Assembly: GCA_038087875.1 (NCBI GenBank)
Contig: CM075988.1
Location: 18,788,001-18,852,000 of the forward strand
Reading direction: 5' to 3'
Source of the DNA: Malacoraja senta
Taxonomy: Eukaryota
DNA length: 64,000 nucleotides
The position numbers and the translations under genes are program-made. The notes under the pieces were generated by a model that did no database searches, had not been told where the DNA came from, and saw nothing but the letters and a program-made list of their open reading frames with translations. Shown here in pieces: positions 51,694 to 64,000 of this stretch; position 1 is the stretch's first letter; each line of letters starts with the position of its first letter.

Positions 51694-51869
51694 CTTTTTA
51701 CTTTTAATACAAGTAGCACTGCCCAAAGAAAAAGCTCATCAAATTCCACTTGCAACTTTTCTAGAGAATAAAACTGGTCCACCTCAATTCCATGTTCTTT
51801 GTGGCAAGTTGCAAACTGAGGCCAGTGATCACTTACGTAACAAATTGTTCTCCTGATCATCTGGCCAAT
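51694..51869 (-). pseudogene. EPG5: EPG5 (autophagy tethering factor)-like coding fragment; exon or orphan pseudogenic piece
   Basis: Translates to [19 protein letters not shown]...[26 protein letters not shown]. This matches my recollection of vertebrate EPG5 (IGYMIRMTLGYVSDHWAQY...[26 protein letters not shown]). It is followed by AG|GTAGGT. Confidence 0.75.
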
Positions 51870-52850
51870 GTAGGAGTCTTGTTGGTTGCAGAAAAATTTA
51901 GACAGACAATAGATAATAGACAATAGGTGCAGGAGTAGGCCATTTGGCCCTTCGAGGCAGCACCGCTATTCACTGTGATCATGTGTTCAAGAAGGAACTG
52001 CAGATGCTGGAAAATCGAAGGTAGACAAAAATGCTGGAGAAACTCAGCGGGTGCGGCAGCATCTATGGAGCGATGGAAATAGGCAACGTTTCGGGCCGCA
52101 ACGTTGCCTATTTCCTTCACTCCATAGATGCTGCCACACCGGCTGAGTTTCTCCAGCATTTTTGTCTACTGTGATCATGTGACAGGATGCACTCTTAACT
52201 GCCATTGGTTCAGAGTTTAGTTTAGTTTAGACATACAGCAAGGGAACGGGTGCTTCGGCCCATCGAGTCCGTGCCGACCAGCGATCCCCATTACACTACA
52301 CACTAGGGATAATTTACTATTTTTACTGCAGCCAATTAACTGACAAATCTATACCTTTGGAGTGTGGGACGAAGCCAGAGCTCCCGGTGAAAATCCATGC
52401 AGGTCACGGGGAGAACGTACAAACTCTGTACAGACAGCACCCATAGTCAGGATCAAACCCAGGTCTCTGGAGCTGTAAGGCAGCAACTCTACCGCTGCCC
52501 AATCGTGCCACTGACCACAAACTTAAACTCTCATATGAATGTTTGCAAACAATATTGGCAAGCAAATGGGTGTCCATAAAGCTTAGACTGTTAATATGTC
52601 TGCAACATTGTATATTGGAAGCTTGCAGAAATTACAAAAATGGCTGTCGTGAATTTTCTGTGAAATTATAGGCAGTTATAAGTTAATTCTTCTGGTCTCG
52701 TCTTTAGTTTCTTAATACTTTTTGAGACTCTCATCAAAGGTGTAAACCACCTCGTAGGGTACATTTCAAGGACATCCAATCATAAGAAATATCAGATTAT
52801 TTTAACCCTGTATTGGTATTAGTATTGATTTGTTATTATCACTCGTAATG

Positions 52851-53118
52851 AAATATGGTGCTCTTGTATCAGTAGTGAACTAATATGGTGCTCTTGTATC
52901 AGTAGTGCACTAATATGGTGCTCCTGTATCAGTGGTGAACTAATATGGTGCTCCTGTATCAGTAGTGCACTAATATAGTGCTCTTGTATCAGTAGTGATC
53001 TAATATGGTGCTCTTGTATCAGTAGTGCACTAATATGGTGCTCCTGTATCAGTAGTGCACTAATATAGTGCTCTTGTATCAGTAGTGCACTAATATGGTG
53101 CTCTTGTATCAGTAGTGC
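52851..53118. repeat. 30-bp minisatellite, about 9 copies
   Basis: Unit TAATATGGTGCTC(T/C)TGTATCAGTAGTG(C/A)AC. Confidence 0.95.
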
Positions 53119-54659
53119 TCACCTAATAATACAAGAAATCGGTCGCTACAGATGTTGGAAATCTGAAACAAAACAACACAGAAACTGCTGGACACATCTA
53201 CTGGACCAGGGACTTTTTATGGGCAGGGCTAGAAAACTAAAGTTTTGGTTATGGGTACCTTAAGAACTAAAATATTAATTTAAAAGAAAACAGATCAAAG
53301 GAAAAATGAATAAAACACATGCATACTGTTAAAACTTCATACCAGTATTTTCTTTCTTCACCTTGTGCCCTCTTCTTTCATTCATTTGAATTTTACTTTT
53401 ACCTTCTACACTGCCTGGCTTTCATCTTTTATTCTCTAAGGGTTTCTTTGCAAGAGCGTCTTTCTTCACAGTCCGGCTGACTACCCATGTGAGTGCTGCT
53501 ATCCAGTTATGTTTTTGCCTTTGCTTGTGCTGTGAGAGAAATAGATAACGGATCGCTTACCATTAATCCTTAGGGCATTTCATATACATTTAGGGCAAGT
53601 TTGGTTCTGAATTTAACAAAACTCTTCTGGGATGTGATCTCATCAAGAGTTGATCTTATTGACTTCCATTGTAGGTTGTAGGATGCTGAAGGGGTTGGGT
53701 TGGCGTGTTAATTTGATTTGTTTGAAATGTCAATAACTGGAACCTGCAAAGGTCCACAATGAGATAAAAGAACTCTAATTTTATGGAACTTTGTTAATTG
53801 CAGTAAAGGTAATTGATCATTGTATTGTACATGTGCTGAGATTGAGATAGGGAGGTTTGTGATTGGAGGGGGTGTCATGCCTCCATGTCATGGTAATAAT
53901 ACCATTTAGATGTCCCATATTTGATTGGTATGAGATGTAAATGTTCAAGGCCATGTCAGTAGCAAGTATCCCATGTACTGTAAACCCACTTCAGATAATG
54001 TAATGTGTAGGAAGGAACTGCAGATGCTGGTTTACATTGAAGATAGACACAGAACGATGGAGCAACTCAGCGGGATAGACAGCATCTCTGTCACCCATTC
54101 ATAGAAACATGGAAACATAGAAACATAGAAAATAGGTGCAGGAGGAGGCCATTCGGCCCTTCTAGCCAGCACTGCCATTCATTGCGATCATGGCTGATCA
54201 TCCCCAATCAATAACCCGTGCCTGCCTTCTCCCTTGACTCCACTAGCCCCTAGAGCTCTATCTAACTCTCTCTTAAATCCATCCAGTGATTTGGCCTCCA
54301 CTGCCCTCTGTGGCAGGGAATTCCATAAATTCACAACTCTCTGGGTGAAAATTGTTTTTTCTCACCTCAGTCTTAAATGACCTCCCCTTTATTCTAAGAC
54401 TGTGGCCCCTGGAATGCTCATGTTTAAGACATTCTACAGTGAATGGAGGTTTGTAAATTTGCACTTCCTGCAAAATTGTGTAACTATCTCAAAAGTCTCC
54501 AATTCATATTTGTTAAACGAGTCCATCCCCACAGCCGCAGAGGAGCTGGTTCACTGCGTACGCCATTTTCCTATCTGCTGTACTATTTCTTACCTCCATT
54601 GGCCTGCTGCCATTCAGTTTACCTAGCAGAATATTCAAAACATTGCATCAAATTTAGGA

Positions 54660-55360
54660 ACATCATGGAATTAGGAATTAGGAAAGGGAAAAAAAGGGGG
54701 CATGAGATAGCTTTGGCAATAAGGTTAAGGGGAATCCTAAGGGGCTCTTCAAGTATATTAAGGCAAAAGACTGAACTAGGGAGAGAATATGGCTGCTTAA
54801 AGATCAATGACGTCAACTATGTGTGGAGCCACAGGCGATGGGCGAGGCATTAAGATGCTAAAGGACTTAAAATGCATTAAGTAGATAAATTCCCAGGACC
54901 TGATCAAGTGTATCCGAGGAAAATGTAGGAAGCCAAGGAAGAAATTGTGGTGCCCCAGCAAAAATATTTGCATCCTCACGTCACAAGTGAGATGCTGGGA
55001 GACTGGAGCCTCAATTTAAGAAAGGCTACAAGGAAATACCTGGGAACTGCATACCAGTGAGCCTAACACCAGCGATGGGTGAATTAGTGGAGGGGATTCG
55101 GAGAGACAGCATCTACAGGCAATTTTCAAAGGACAAGGACTGATTAGGGATAGTCGGCACGGTTTTGTACATGGGAAACAATGCCTCACAAAGTTGATTG
55201 AATTTCTTTGAAGAAGTAACCTAGAAGATTGCTGAGGTCAGTGCTGTTGACATTATCTACATGGACTTTAGCAAGACCTTTGACAAGGTACTGCATGGTA
55301 GACTGGTCTGGAAGGTTAGATCATGGGATCTATACGAGCTACCCAATTAGATACAAATGT
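54660..55360 (+). mobile_element. CR1-clade LINE RT fragment (degenerate)
   Basis: KSPGPD, PVSLT, HGF...CLT and VDIIYMDFSKTFDKV remnants. Confidence 0.8.
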
Positions 55361-57964
55361 GTATGAAGAAACTGTCTTTAAACCAAAGACAGACACAAAA
55401 TGCTGGAGTAACTTAGCGGGACAGGCAGCTTCTCTGGAGAGAAGGAATGGGTGATGTTTTGGGTCGAGGCCCTTCTTCAGACTGACCAACATGTCCCATC
55501 TACACTAGTCCCACCTGTCTGTGTTTGGCCCATATCCCTCTAAAGATACCCTAGCTTATGGAAGGAGCATTCAGAAGCCTGATAATGGAGGGGATGAAAC
55601 TGTTCCTGAGTATGGTGATTTGCACTATCAAGTTTCTGTAGCTTGTGCCCGACGGGAGAAGAGATAATAAGGAATGACCGGGGTGGGATAATGGACAGAC
55701 ACATCTTGGGTGGGGACCGTTCTTTAGTCAGACATGGCAATGAAACTCCCCATAGTTACAGTGCAAACCTGAGGCAATCTGCAAGGTATCATCAATATGC
55801 ACCTACCTCATGCCTTAATGGGTCATAGTTGCACTAGTGCCGCACTGGCACCATGATCATAAATGATAGGAGCAGAATTTGGCCATTCAGCCCATCAAGT
55901 CTACTCCACCATTCAATCATGGCTGATCTATCTCTCCCTCCTAACCCCATTCTCTTGCCTTCTCCCCACAGCTCTGACATCCGTACTAATCAAGAACCTA
56001 TCTATCTGTGCCTTAAATATATCCATTGACTTGGCCTCCACAGCTTTCTGTGGCAAAGAATTCCACAGATCTACCAACCTCTGACTAAAGAAATCCTTCC
56101 TCATCTCCTTCCTCTAGGAACGTCCTTGATGGTGATTACAGGTCAGCATTCTTTTTAACAGTATCTGAACCATTCGATCAGAAGTTGAAAAGAAAGATAT
56201 TTTTAAAATAGCAGCAATTTTTCATTTTCTGCATTTTTATTAGTGAATTAAGTACTTTATAAAATCCCTTAATAAGCTTGTGAAGATAAATTGGTCCGAA
56301 GGAATAATTGGGTAATTTTTAAAACATTTTCGTTTGTTGGTTCATAAAGGAAGAGTAAGTGACTACCTGTATAAATTTTGCATCAATCTGATACAATCAT
56401 TTAATAAACCAAATCATTTATCTCAGTTTCATGGGCTCGTGAAATATTAAATGATATTTTATTCTCCAAGCAGTTAACGTGCCCTGCAAATCTCTTACTC
56501 TTCAACATTCCAACTACATCCGAGGTTTTGGGTGAATTTGTGAATCTCAGAATGTTGTCGCATTTAACGGGTACTCACCATTTGCCCAAAATCAAGCCTA
56601 GAGCTGAACAGGGGCACCCGTGTTTGCGTAGGAGTCAGAGGTTGCCGACACTCTCACCAACCTTTAGTGCTGTCTACTTCGAGGTACTGTGATTCTACTT
56701 CATATTTTCACTTTTTCTTTGTAGTTTAGAAGTTCATCTGAGTTTCAAATTATTTGACTTTAGACTTTTAGTGGATAAAAATCTGAGTTTGAGTATAGTT
56801 TGTAGTCGCGTGTACCGAGGCACAGTGAAAAACTTTTGTTGCGTGCTAACCTTTCAATAGACAATAGACAATAAACAATAGGTGCAGGAGTAGGCCATTT
56901 GCCCCTTCGAGCCAACACCGCCATTTAATGTGATCATGGCTGATCATCCCCAATCAGTACCCCGTTCCTGCCTTCTCCCCATATCCCCTGACTCCGCTAT
57001 TTTTAAGAGCCCTATCTAGCTCTCTCTTGAAAGCATCCAGAGAGCCTGCCTCCACCGCCCTCTGAGGCAGAGAATTCCACAGACTCACCACTCTCTGTGA
57101 GAAAAAGTGTTTCCTCGTCTCCGTTCTAAATGGCTTACTCCTTGTTCTTAAACTGTGGCCCCTGGTTCTGGTCTCCCCCTACATCGGGAACATGTTTCCT
57201 CCCTCTAGCGTGTCCAAGCCCTTAACAATCTTCAGCGGAAAGACAATGCATGGTTTCTACAGCAAGCCAAACTTACCATTGTTTTGAAAGTAATTCATTT
57301 CCTTGCACATGTACACATAGAACTTATCTGTTCGTTGATGGACAAATGCTTTCAGTCAATCAGTGTAAGTGTTCTGAGAGGCAATAGTAAACTGCCAGCA
57401 ATTAATGCCCATTTTCTGAGCTGCCTGACAACAGCGAACAACTGATTTCTCTTTGAGTTTTGCAGTGTGTAGGAGCAATTTTAATCAATTTTCTTTGAAT
57501 TCTCTGAAGAGATGGATTAATCATTTGGAAGACTTCCTTAAACTGCACAATCTGGGAAAAGATGAAATATAATTTTATAACTTTGCAAAGGGCATAATGA
57601 ACTAGTGGTGCACAACAGGATACCAAAAAGATCAATGTGGCTCTGTGGATGGGTTACACAGGTGGCCAATTTGGAAAGCAGATCTTTCTCAGTGCGTGAA
57701 GCTATAACTTCTTCAATGACACTTATTCTATATTTTCCAGATAGAAATAAAATGTATCCCTGTGAAACTCATCATAGAGTTATATACACATATTTTAAAA
57801 AAGGCATGCTGAAAGTCTCGATGAACCAATTTATCTCAATTGTCAGGAGAGGAAGGGTAGTTGGTGATTGTGTAATCTGATGCAACTTTCAAAGGATATA
57901 TAGTTTTCCACATTTACAATCCAGCCATTTAATTTTGATTGTTACTTCGAATCTCCTTCGAGAC

Positions 57965-58680
57965 GATAGGACTGTGGGGAGTGTTGTAGAGCAGAGGGAT
58001 ATAGGAGTACAAGTATATCGTTTGTTGAAAGTGTCATCACAGTCAGATTGGGTGGTCAAAAAGGCTTTTCTCACAATGGCTTCCTCAGTCAGAGCTTTGA
58101 GTATAGAAGTTGGGAAGTCATGTTCCAGTTGTATATGACGTTGCTGAGGCCGCATTTGGAGTGCTGTGTTCAGTTTTGGGCACCATGTTATAGGAAAGAT
58201 GTTGTCAAGCTGGAAAGGGTGCAGAGAAGATTTACGAGCATGTTGCCAGGACTAGAAGGCCTGCGCCATAGGGAGAGGTGGAGCAGATTAGGACTCTATG
58301 CCTTGGAGCTCAGGAGAATGAGGACTGATCTTACAGAGGTGTACAAAATCATGAGAGGAATAGATCGGGTAGACGCACAGAGTCTCTTGCCCAGCGTTGG
58401 GGAATCAAGAACCAGAGGACATAGGTTTAAGGTGAGGATGGAACCTGAGGAGTAACTTATTCACACAAAGGGTGGTGGGCATATGTGGTGCCAAAGAACG
58501 TTGTTGTGGTGGGGTCTATCAAAATGTTTAAGAAACATTTAGACAGGCACATGGATAGGACAGGCTTAGAGGGATATGGGCCAAATGTAGGCAGTTGGGG
58601 TTAGTGTAGATGGGACATATTAAGTGGTGTGGGCAAGCTGGGCTGAAGGGCATGTTTCTATGCTGTGAGACTCTATGATT
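57965..58680 (+). mobile_element. CR1-clade LINE 3' fragment
   Basis: LLRPHLECCVQFWAPCYRKDVVKLERVQRRFT in ORF 58048..58455. Other CR1 pieces at about 12090-12400, 12945-13400, 15870-16190, 23490-23870, 27170-27530, 36160-36640, 47820-48790, 56855-57235, 61610-62530 and 63730-64000. Confidence 0.88.
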
Positions 58681-61600
58681 CCTATTATTTTCTTTCACTA
58701 CCCTGACCTCTGCTACGTGCCAACATTCAATGCCGGTCTCTTCTATTCTGTGATGACACTCAATTGGACTTTTCATCATTGCAATGTTGGAATAGGATTG
58801 TAGAAACTCTGTGATAAAGGGCAAAGCAGCATGTTCTTTAAGATATTAAAGATCTGGGCTCTGCGATGGAGCGATTGAATCAGAGAACAGAGCATATTCA
58901 CAATTCATAGCCTTGAAAACAGCCTTGTAAGCAGCTCAACTATAAGCCGCAAAGCCCACAACCAACTTCCCAGTGTAAATTCAGATGAGAAGTAAATATG
59001 GTCTTGACAACAGCAAACAAGGAATACAGAAATAAGCAACTGCAGATGATGGTTTATACCAAAGATAGACACAAAGTACTGGAGTAACTCAGCGGAGCAT
59101 CTCTGGGGAGAAAGGATGGGTGACATTTTGGGTCAGAACCCTTCTTCAGAAGCGTCTTCTTGATTGATGCTGCCTGACCCGCTGAGTTACTCCAGCACTT
59201 TATATCCGTTGAAGGAATATATTTGTGGGTGGCACAGTGGTGAAGTTGATAGATCTGCTGCCTTACAGTGCTGGAGACCTGGGTTTGATCTTGACATTGG
59301 GTGCTGTCTGTGTGGAGTTTGTATATTCTCCCCATGACCACGTGGGTTTCATCCGGTTGCTCCGGTTTCTGCCTTACATCCCAATGACATGCGGGATTGT
59401 AGATTAATGGGCCTTTGTAAATTGCCCCTACTGTGTGGGGAATGGATGAGAAAGGGGGATAACATAGAACTAGTATAAACGGGTAATTGATGGTCAGCAT
59501 GGACTCAGTGGACCGAAGGGCCTTTTTGCATGCTGTAGCTCCAAACTAAACTAAACATTGATAACATGAGAAACAATTTGACGCCATAAAAGTCAGCATA
59601 ATCATAATCATAATCATACTCAAATCATACTTTATTGGCCAAGTACGTTTTGCAACATATGAGGAATTTGATTTGCCATACAGTCATACCAATAAAAAGC
59701 AACAAGACACACAAAATACATTTTAACATAAACATCCACCGCAGTGACTCCTTCACATTCCTCACTGTGATGGAAGGCGAAAAAAAAAGTTCAATCGCTT
59801 TCCTTCTTTGTTCTCCTGCGGTCGGGGGCCTCGAGCCTTCCGTTGTCGGGGCGATCTTAGCTCCCGTGGCTGGCGGTCGGGCCCTCCGCGTCAGGGCGAT
59901 CAAGCTCCCGTATCAGTGGGAATCTCAGCTATGTACCAAGGGAAATGATATAATTTCTCCACAAATTTGTCAATTCATTTCCATTATTACCTACAACCAT
60001 TCATAAAGGTTCTAGTTATCATGCAAGATAATCAACTTGAATTAGTTTCCTCTCCACAGATGCTGCTTACCCTCATGACTATTTCCAATGTTTTCTGTTA
60101 CGATTGCAGCTTCCACTATTCAAAATTGCCCATCTATCTTCTAAAATAATTGTATTAGGTTTGAGCCCAAAACAGAGTGTTCAAAGAAATCATTGGGTCA
60201 CGCAGCATCCGTGGAGGGAGTGGACAGATGGTGTTTTGGGTTAGAATCCTCCTTCAGACTAATGGAGTGGGGTGGGGGATGAGGGGGAGGGGGGGTTGGA
60301 GAAGCTGGACAAGAGAGATTGGGGTGGGACAAAGTCTGGCAAGGTGGTCACATCATGCTGGAGTAACTCAGCGGGTCAGGCAGCATCTATGGAGAAATGG
60401 AATAGGCATTGTTTCGGTTCGGAATCCTTCTTCACAGGTTAAACAGTGTTGAAGATCAGGCGAGCAGCAGGAATCAGGGAGGTGGAGCTGAGAGAGCGGT
60501 TCTTACAGAACCCCCAGTGGAGAGAAGGCGGTGAACTTCTTCAGAGTAAGCATTGCAGAGTGTTGCAGTAAAATACAGATAAGAGAAACTTCACATTCTG
60601 CAATCTTGAGCAAAAGATAAAGTACTGGAGGAACTCAGCAGGTCAGGCAGCATCTGTGGAGGAATTGGACCGATGACGTTATATACAGTAGTTTTTGCGT
60701 CCTTCAAATTTGGCTCATTAGTATTAAAGGGGGATGGATGGGGGAAGTGAGATTAGTATTGCACATCGATAATTTGTTGTAAAACTTGGAGTTTGCCTTT
60801 AATTAGTGCTGAAAGGTGATGAGGCAGGAATATTAATTTGTATTTTATCCTGGATTTACATTCCTGTTTTACAATCCAGTGGTGAGACTAGCTCGTTAGA
60901 AATCAAGAACAGCTTTAAAATGAGCAAGAAAACAAACTTTTTTTCTAAGCCGTTGAGGCTCAGGGGAATGCAGAGAACAGCAATGACCGTGTGTTTATTA
61001 GTCTAAAGGGAGGTTTGCAGGAGCCTGGACCCTCGGGATTGCTATTGAGAACGCTGCTCTTTCTAATGATCTGGATTCAACGCTAAAGAGACATTTGAAG
61101 TGTGTGCAATGGCAGAACTTGGAAACGGAATGAATTGTGGCAACAAATGAAGATATGGACAATCTGGTGTTTTGGATGGTTATTTAGCAAGTTATATCTA
61201 ATACAAGAGAGGACAATGTGATGTGGTTGAATAACAGGGCGACACGGTGGCGCAGGGGTAGAGTTGCTGCCTAACAGCGCTTGCAGCACCGCAGACCCGG
61301 GTTCGATCCCGACTACGGGTGCTGTCTGTACGGAGTTTGAACGTTCTCCCCGTGACCGCGTGGGTTTTCTCCGAGATCTCCTGTTTCCTACCACACTCCA
61401 AAGACGTACAGGTATGGAGGTAAATTGGCGGACTCGGTGGGCCGAAGGGCCTGTTTCCGCACTGTATCCCCAAACTAATCTAAACTGGGTAAAGACAGTT
61501 TAAAATAGAGCAAGAACATAAGAAAGGAGGAGCACAGATGGACCATTTCCCATCTCGAGTCTGCTCCATCATTCATCATGATCTCAGCCTATCTACCTCA

Positions 61601-62013
61601 ACATTAGAAACGAGTTAAGATATGGTGAGCACTTGGCGGCACTGGGACTGCACTCACTGGAGTTTAGCAGAATGAGTGCGGACCTCATTGAAACTTGCCG
61701 AATAATGAAAGGCCTGGATAGAGTGAGTGGGGAGAGGATGTTTCTACTTGTGGGAGAGTCCAGGACCAGAGGACATAGCCTCAGAATAATAGGACGAACC
61801 TTTAGAAAGGAGAAAAAAAGGAATTTATTTAGTTAGAGGGTGTTGAATCTGTGGAATCCATTACCACAGAAGGCTGTGGAGGCCGCCAATGGATATTTTT
61901 AAGGCAGAGATTGACAGATTCTTGATTTGTAAGGATGTCAGGGGTTATGGGGAGAAAGCAGGAGAATGGAGTTGAGAGGGAAAGATAGATCAGTCATGAT
62001 AGAATCAGAGTAG

Positions 62014-62471
62014 AGTAAACCAGATCACTTCCACCTGACGTGGTCTGCATTTATAGAATTATTACAAACATAGGGTGCAAAAGTACTTAAAAAAAAATTG
62101 AGGTCAGGTAAGGGGGGATGATAGTTGAAGAGTTGGTATGTCCCATTTACGTAATGCTCATAAAAATATTTGTTTCTCTCTTTTTCCTCTTTCTCTCTCT
62201 CTTTCTTTCCTAGGGTCTATTTCTTAACTCTTTTTCTTTTGTTTTTAATTTTGCTCTTATAGGGTCTTCGTCCTTTTTTGTTGTCACATTTCCTACACTT
62301 TCACTTTTTCCTTCACTTTCTTCTTTCTTTCAATCGTTTCCTTTTCTAGTGTAAAAAATAAATGGAGTACATTAATTGTAAGAAGATATAAATGACGAGT
62401 ACTAATGTATGTGGTTGTAATATAATGTACTTCTAATAAATAAAAATAAAAAATTAAAAAAAAAGATAAAA
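62014..62471 (+). mobile_element. L1-like LINE 3' end nested in a CR1 tail
   Basis: 13-bp TSD AGAATCAGAGTAG (62001-62013, 62472-62484), ORF end KPDHFHLTWSAFIELLQT*, T-rich UTR, AATAAA and poly(A). Confidence 0.75.
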
Positions 62472-64000
62472 AGAATCAGAGTAGCTATGATGGGCCGAAT
62501 GGCCTAATTCTGCTCCTAGAATTTATGAATGCCATTTTCCTGCACTATCCCCATATCCCTCGGTTTCCTTAAATCTATCTGTCTCTTGCTTGAAGGAACA
62601 CAATGACTTAACTTTCAAAACCCCACAGGTTGATCGCCATCTGAGTGAAGACATTTGCCTTAGTCGCAATCCCGATCCTTATTCACAAACCGTTCCCCTG
62701 CTCCAAGACTCCTACATCAGGGGACCCATCATTCCTGCATCCAACGAGTCAGACCCTTGATAGAAAGACCCTTGGAAAGGTTTCGAGGACTATGGGCCAA
62801 ATGCAGGCATATGAGACCAGCGCAAGATAGACACAAAATGCTGGAGTAACTCAGCGGGATAGGCAGCATCTCTGGAGAAAAGGCAAGGGTGATGTTTCAG
62901 GTCGAGACCTTTCTTCAGACAAGTCAGACCCTTGAGGAATTGTGTAAGTTTCGATGAGATTGAGTCACCGAGGGTCATAGTCATACAGCATGGTTATTCG
63001 GAGTGTAATCCTATGAGCTGGCACCATTGCAAGAGCTCCAAACAGTTTCACCTTCAACATGACATGTAACATTAAAATCAAAGCAAGAGGACATTTTCTG
63101 CACTGATGGTCAGAGGACACAATGTACCGCACAATGTAACTGAGTCACAGTCATCGAGCCACACCGCATGGAAACAAGCCCTTTGGCCGAACTCATCCAT
63201 GTCGACCAAGATGCCCCAGCTAAGCTCATTCCATTTGCCTGCATTTGGCCCATATCCACCTCAACCTTTCCTATCAATGTACCTCTCCAGATTTCCTCCC
63301 TTTTGGAGAGAGTGTGGTCTCTGTCTATTCAATCCTCCTCTTATGCTTTCCCACTGTTCATGGTGACCCAAACAGAACTGGTGAATCATCACTGCCCTCC
63401 CTCTCAGCTTATACATCCTTTAGAACGGTACAGACACAGGAACAGGCCCTTTGGCCCACAATATCTGCGCTGACTGTTATATCCATCTAACTAGTCCCAT
63501 CTGCCCGATGGAAGTTCATTTCCCTCTATTCAATGCCTATTCATTTTGTCTGTCTAAGTGCTTGTTAAAAAGTTGTGATCATATCTACTTCTTAGGAAAG
63601 AATAAAACTGGACCCAGTTCCCCTGTTCAGTCCCACCAATGGCCCTATGCAACTACTCAACTGCAATAAGAGCTAAAAAATATCTGTAAAATAGGAACAT
63701 ATCTGGTAGATGCGGGGTGTGGGATGGGTAGGGTAAAAAGCACAGAGTCTGAGGGGCAACTTTTCACATGGGAGGTGGTGGGTAAATGGTATGAGCTGCC
63801 AGAGGAGGTAGTTGAGGTAGAAACTAAAACACCACTTAAAATAGATAGGGACATTTACATGGCCAGAGGAAAGTTGTAGAGGGATATGGGCCAAACGAGG
63901 GCAGGTTGGTCTATTGTGTGGATGGGGCACCTGGGACGGCATGGGCAAGCTGGGCCGAAGGGCCTGTTTCCGTGCTGTATAACTCTATGGCTCTATCTGA

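Noticed and set aside
52851..53118. CRISPR-like array (30-bp repeats)
   Set aside because: Units are contiguous with no unique spacers, there are no cas genes, and the context is vertebrate. The same applies to 51093-51350.

Overview
Vertebrate genomic DNA, most likely a cartilaginous fish (skate/ray/shark). The inference rests on abundant HE1-type V-SINEs and HER1/CR1-type LINE 3' ends. The window is mostly interspersed repeats and contains a 200-N assembly gap. The one long element is a structurally complete but mutationally dead DIRS1-type tyrosine-recombinase retrotransposon (3289-8363, minus strand). It has inverted terminal repeats, an internal complementary region, gag, RT/RNaseH/methyltransferase-like pol and YR, and its gag is split by a LINE insertion. 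Other repeats are Penelope-like (GIY-YIG) fragments, many short Penelope-derived units carrying a minimal hammerhead-ribozyme motif (often palindromic and TSD-flanked), Rex1/Babar-like, CR1 and L1 fragments, PIF/Harbinger-like MITEs, an unclassified 1-kb TIR element and two minisatellites. The only recognisable host-gene sequence is an isolated EPG5-like coding fragment (51694-51869, minus strand). Most ORFs in the supplied track are incidental translations of repeats. Repeat boundaries are approximate unless a TSD or TIR is quoted.
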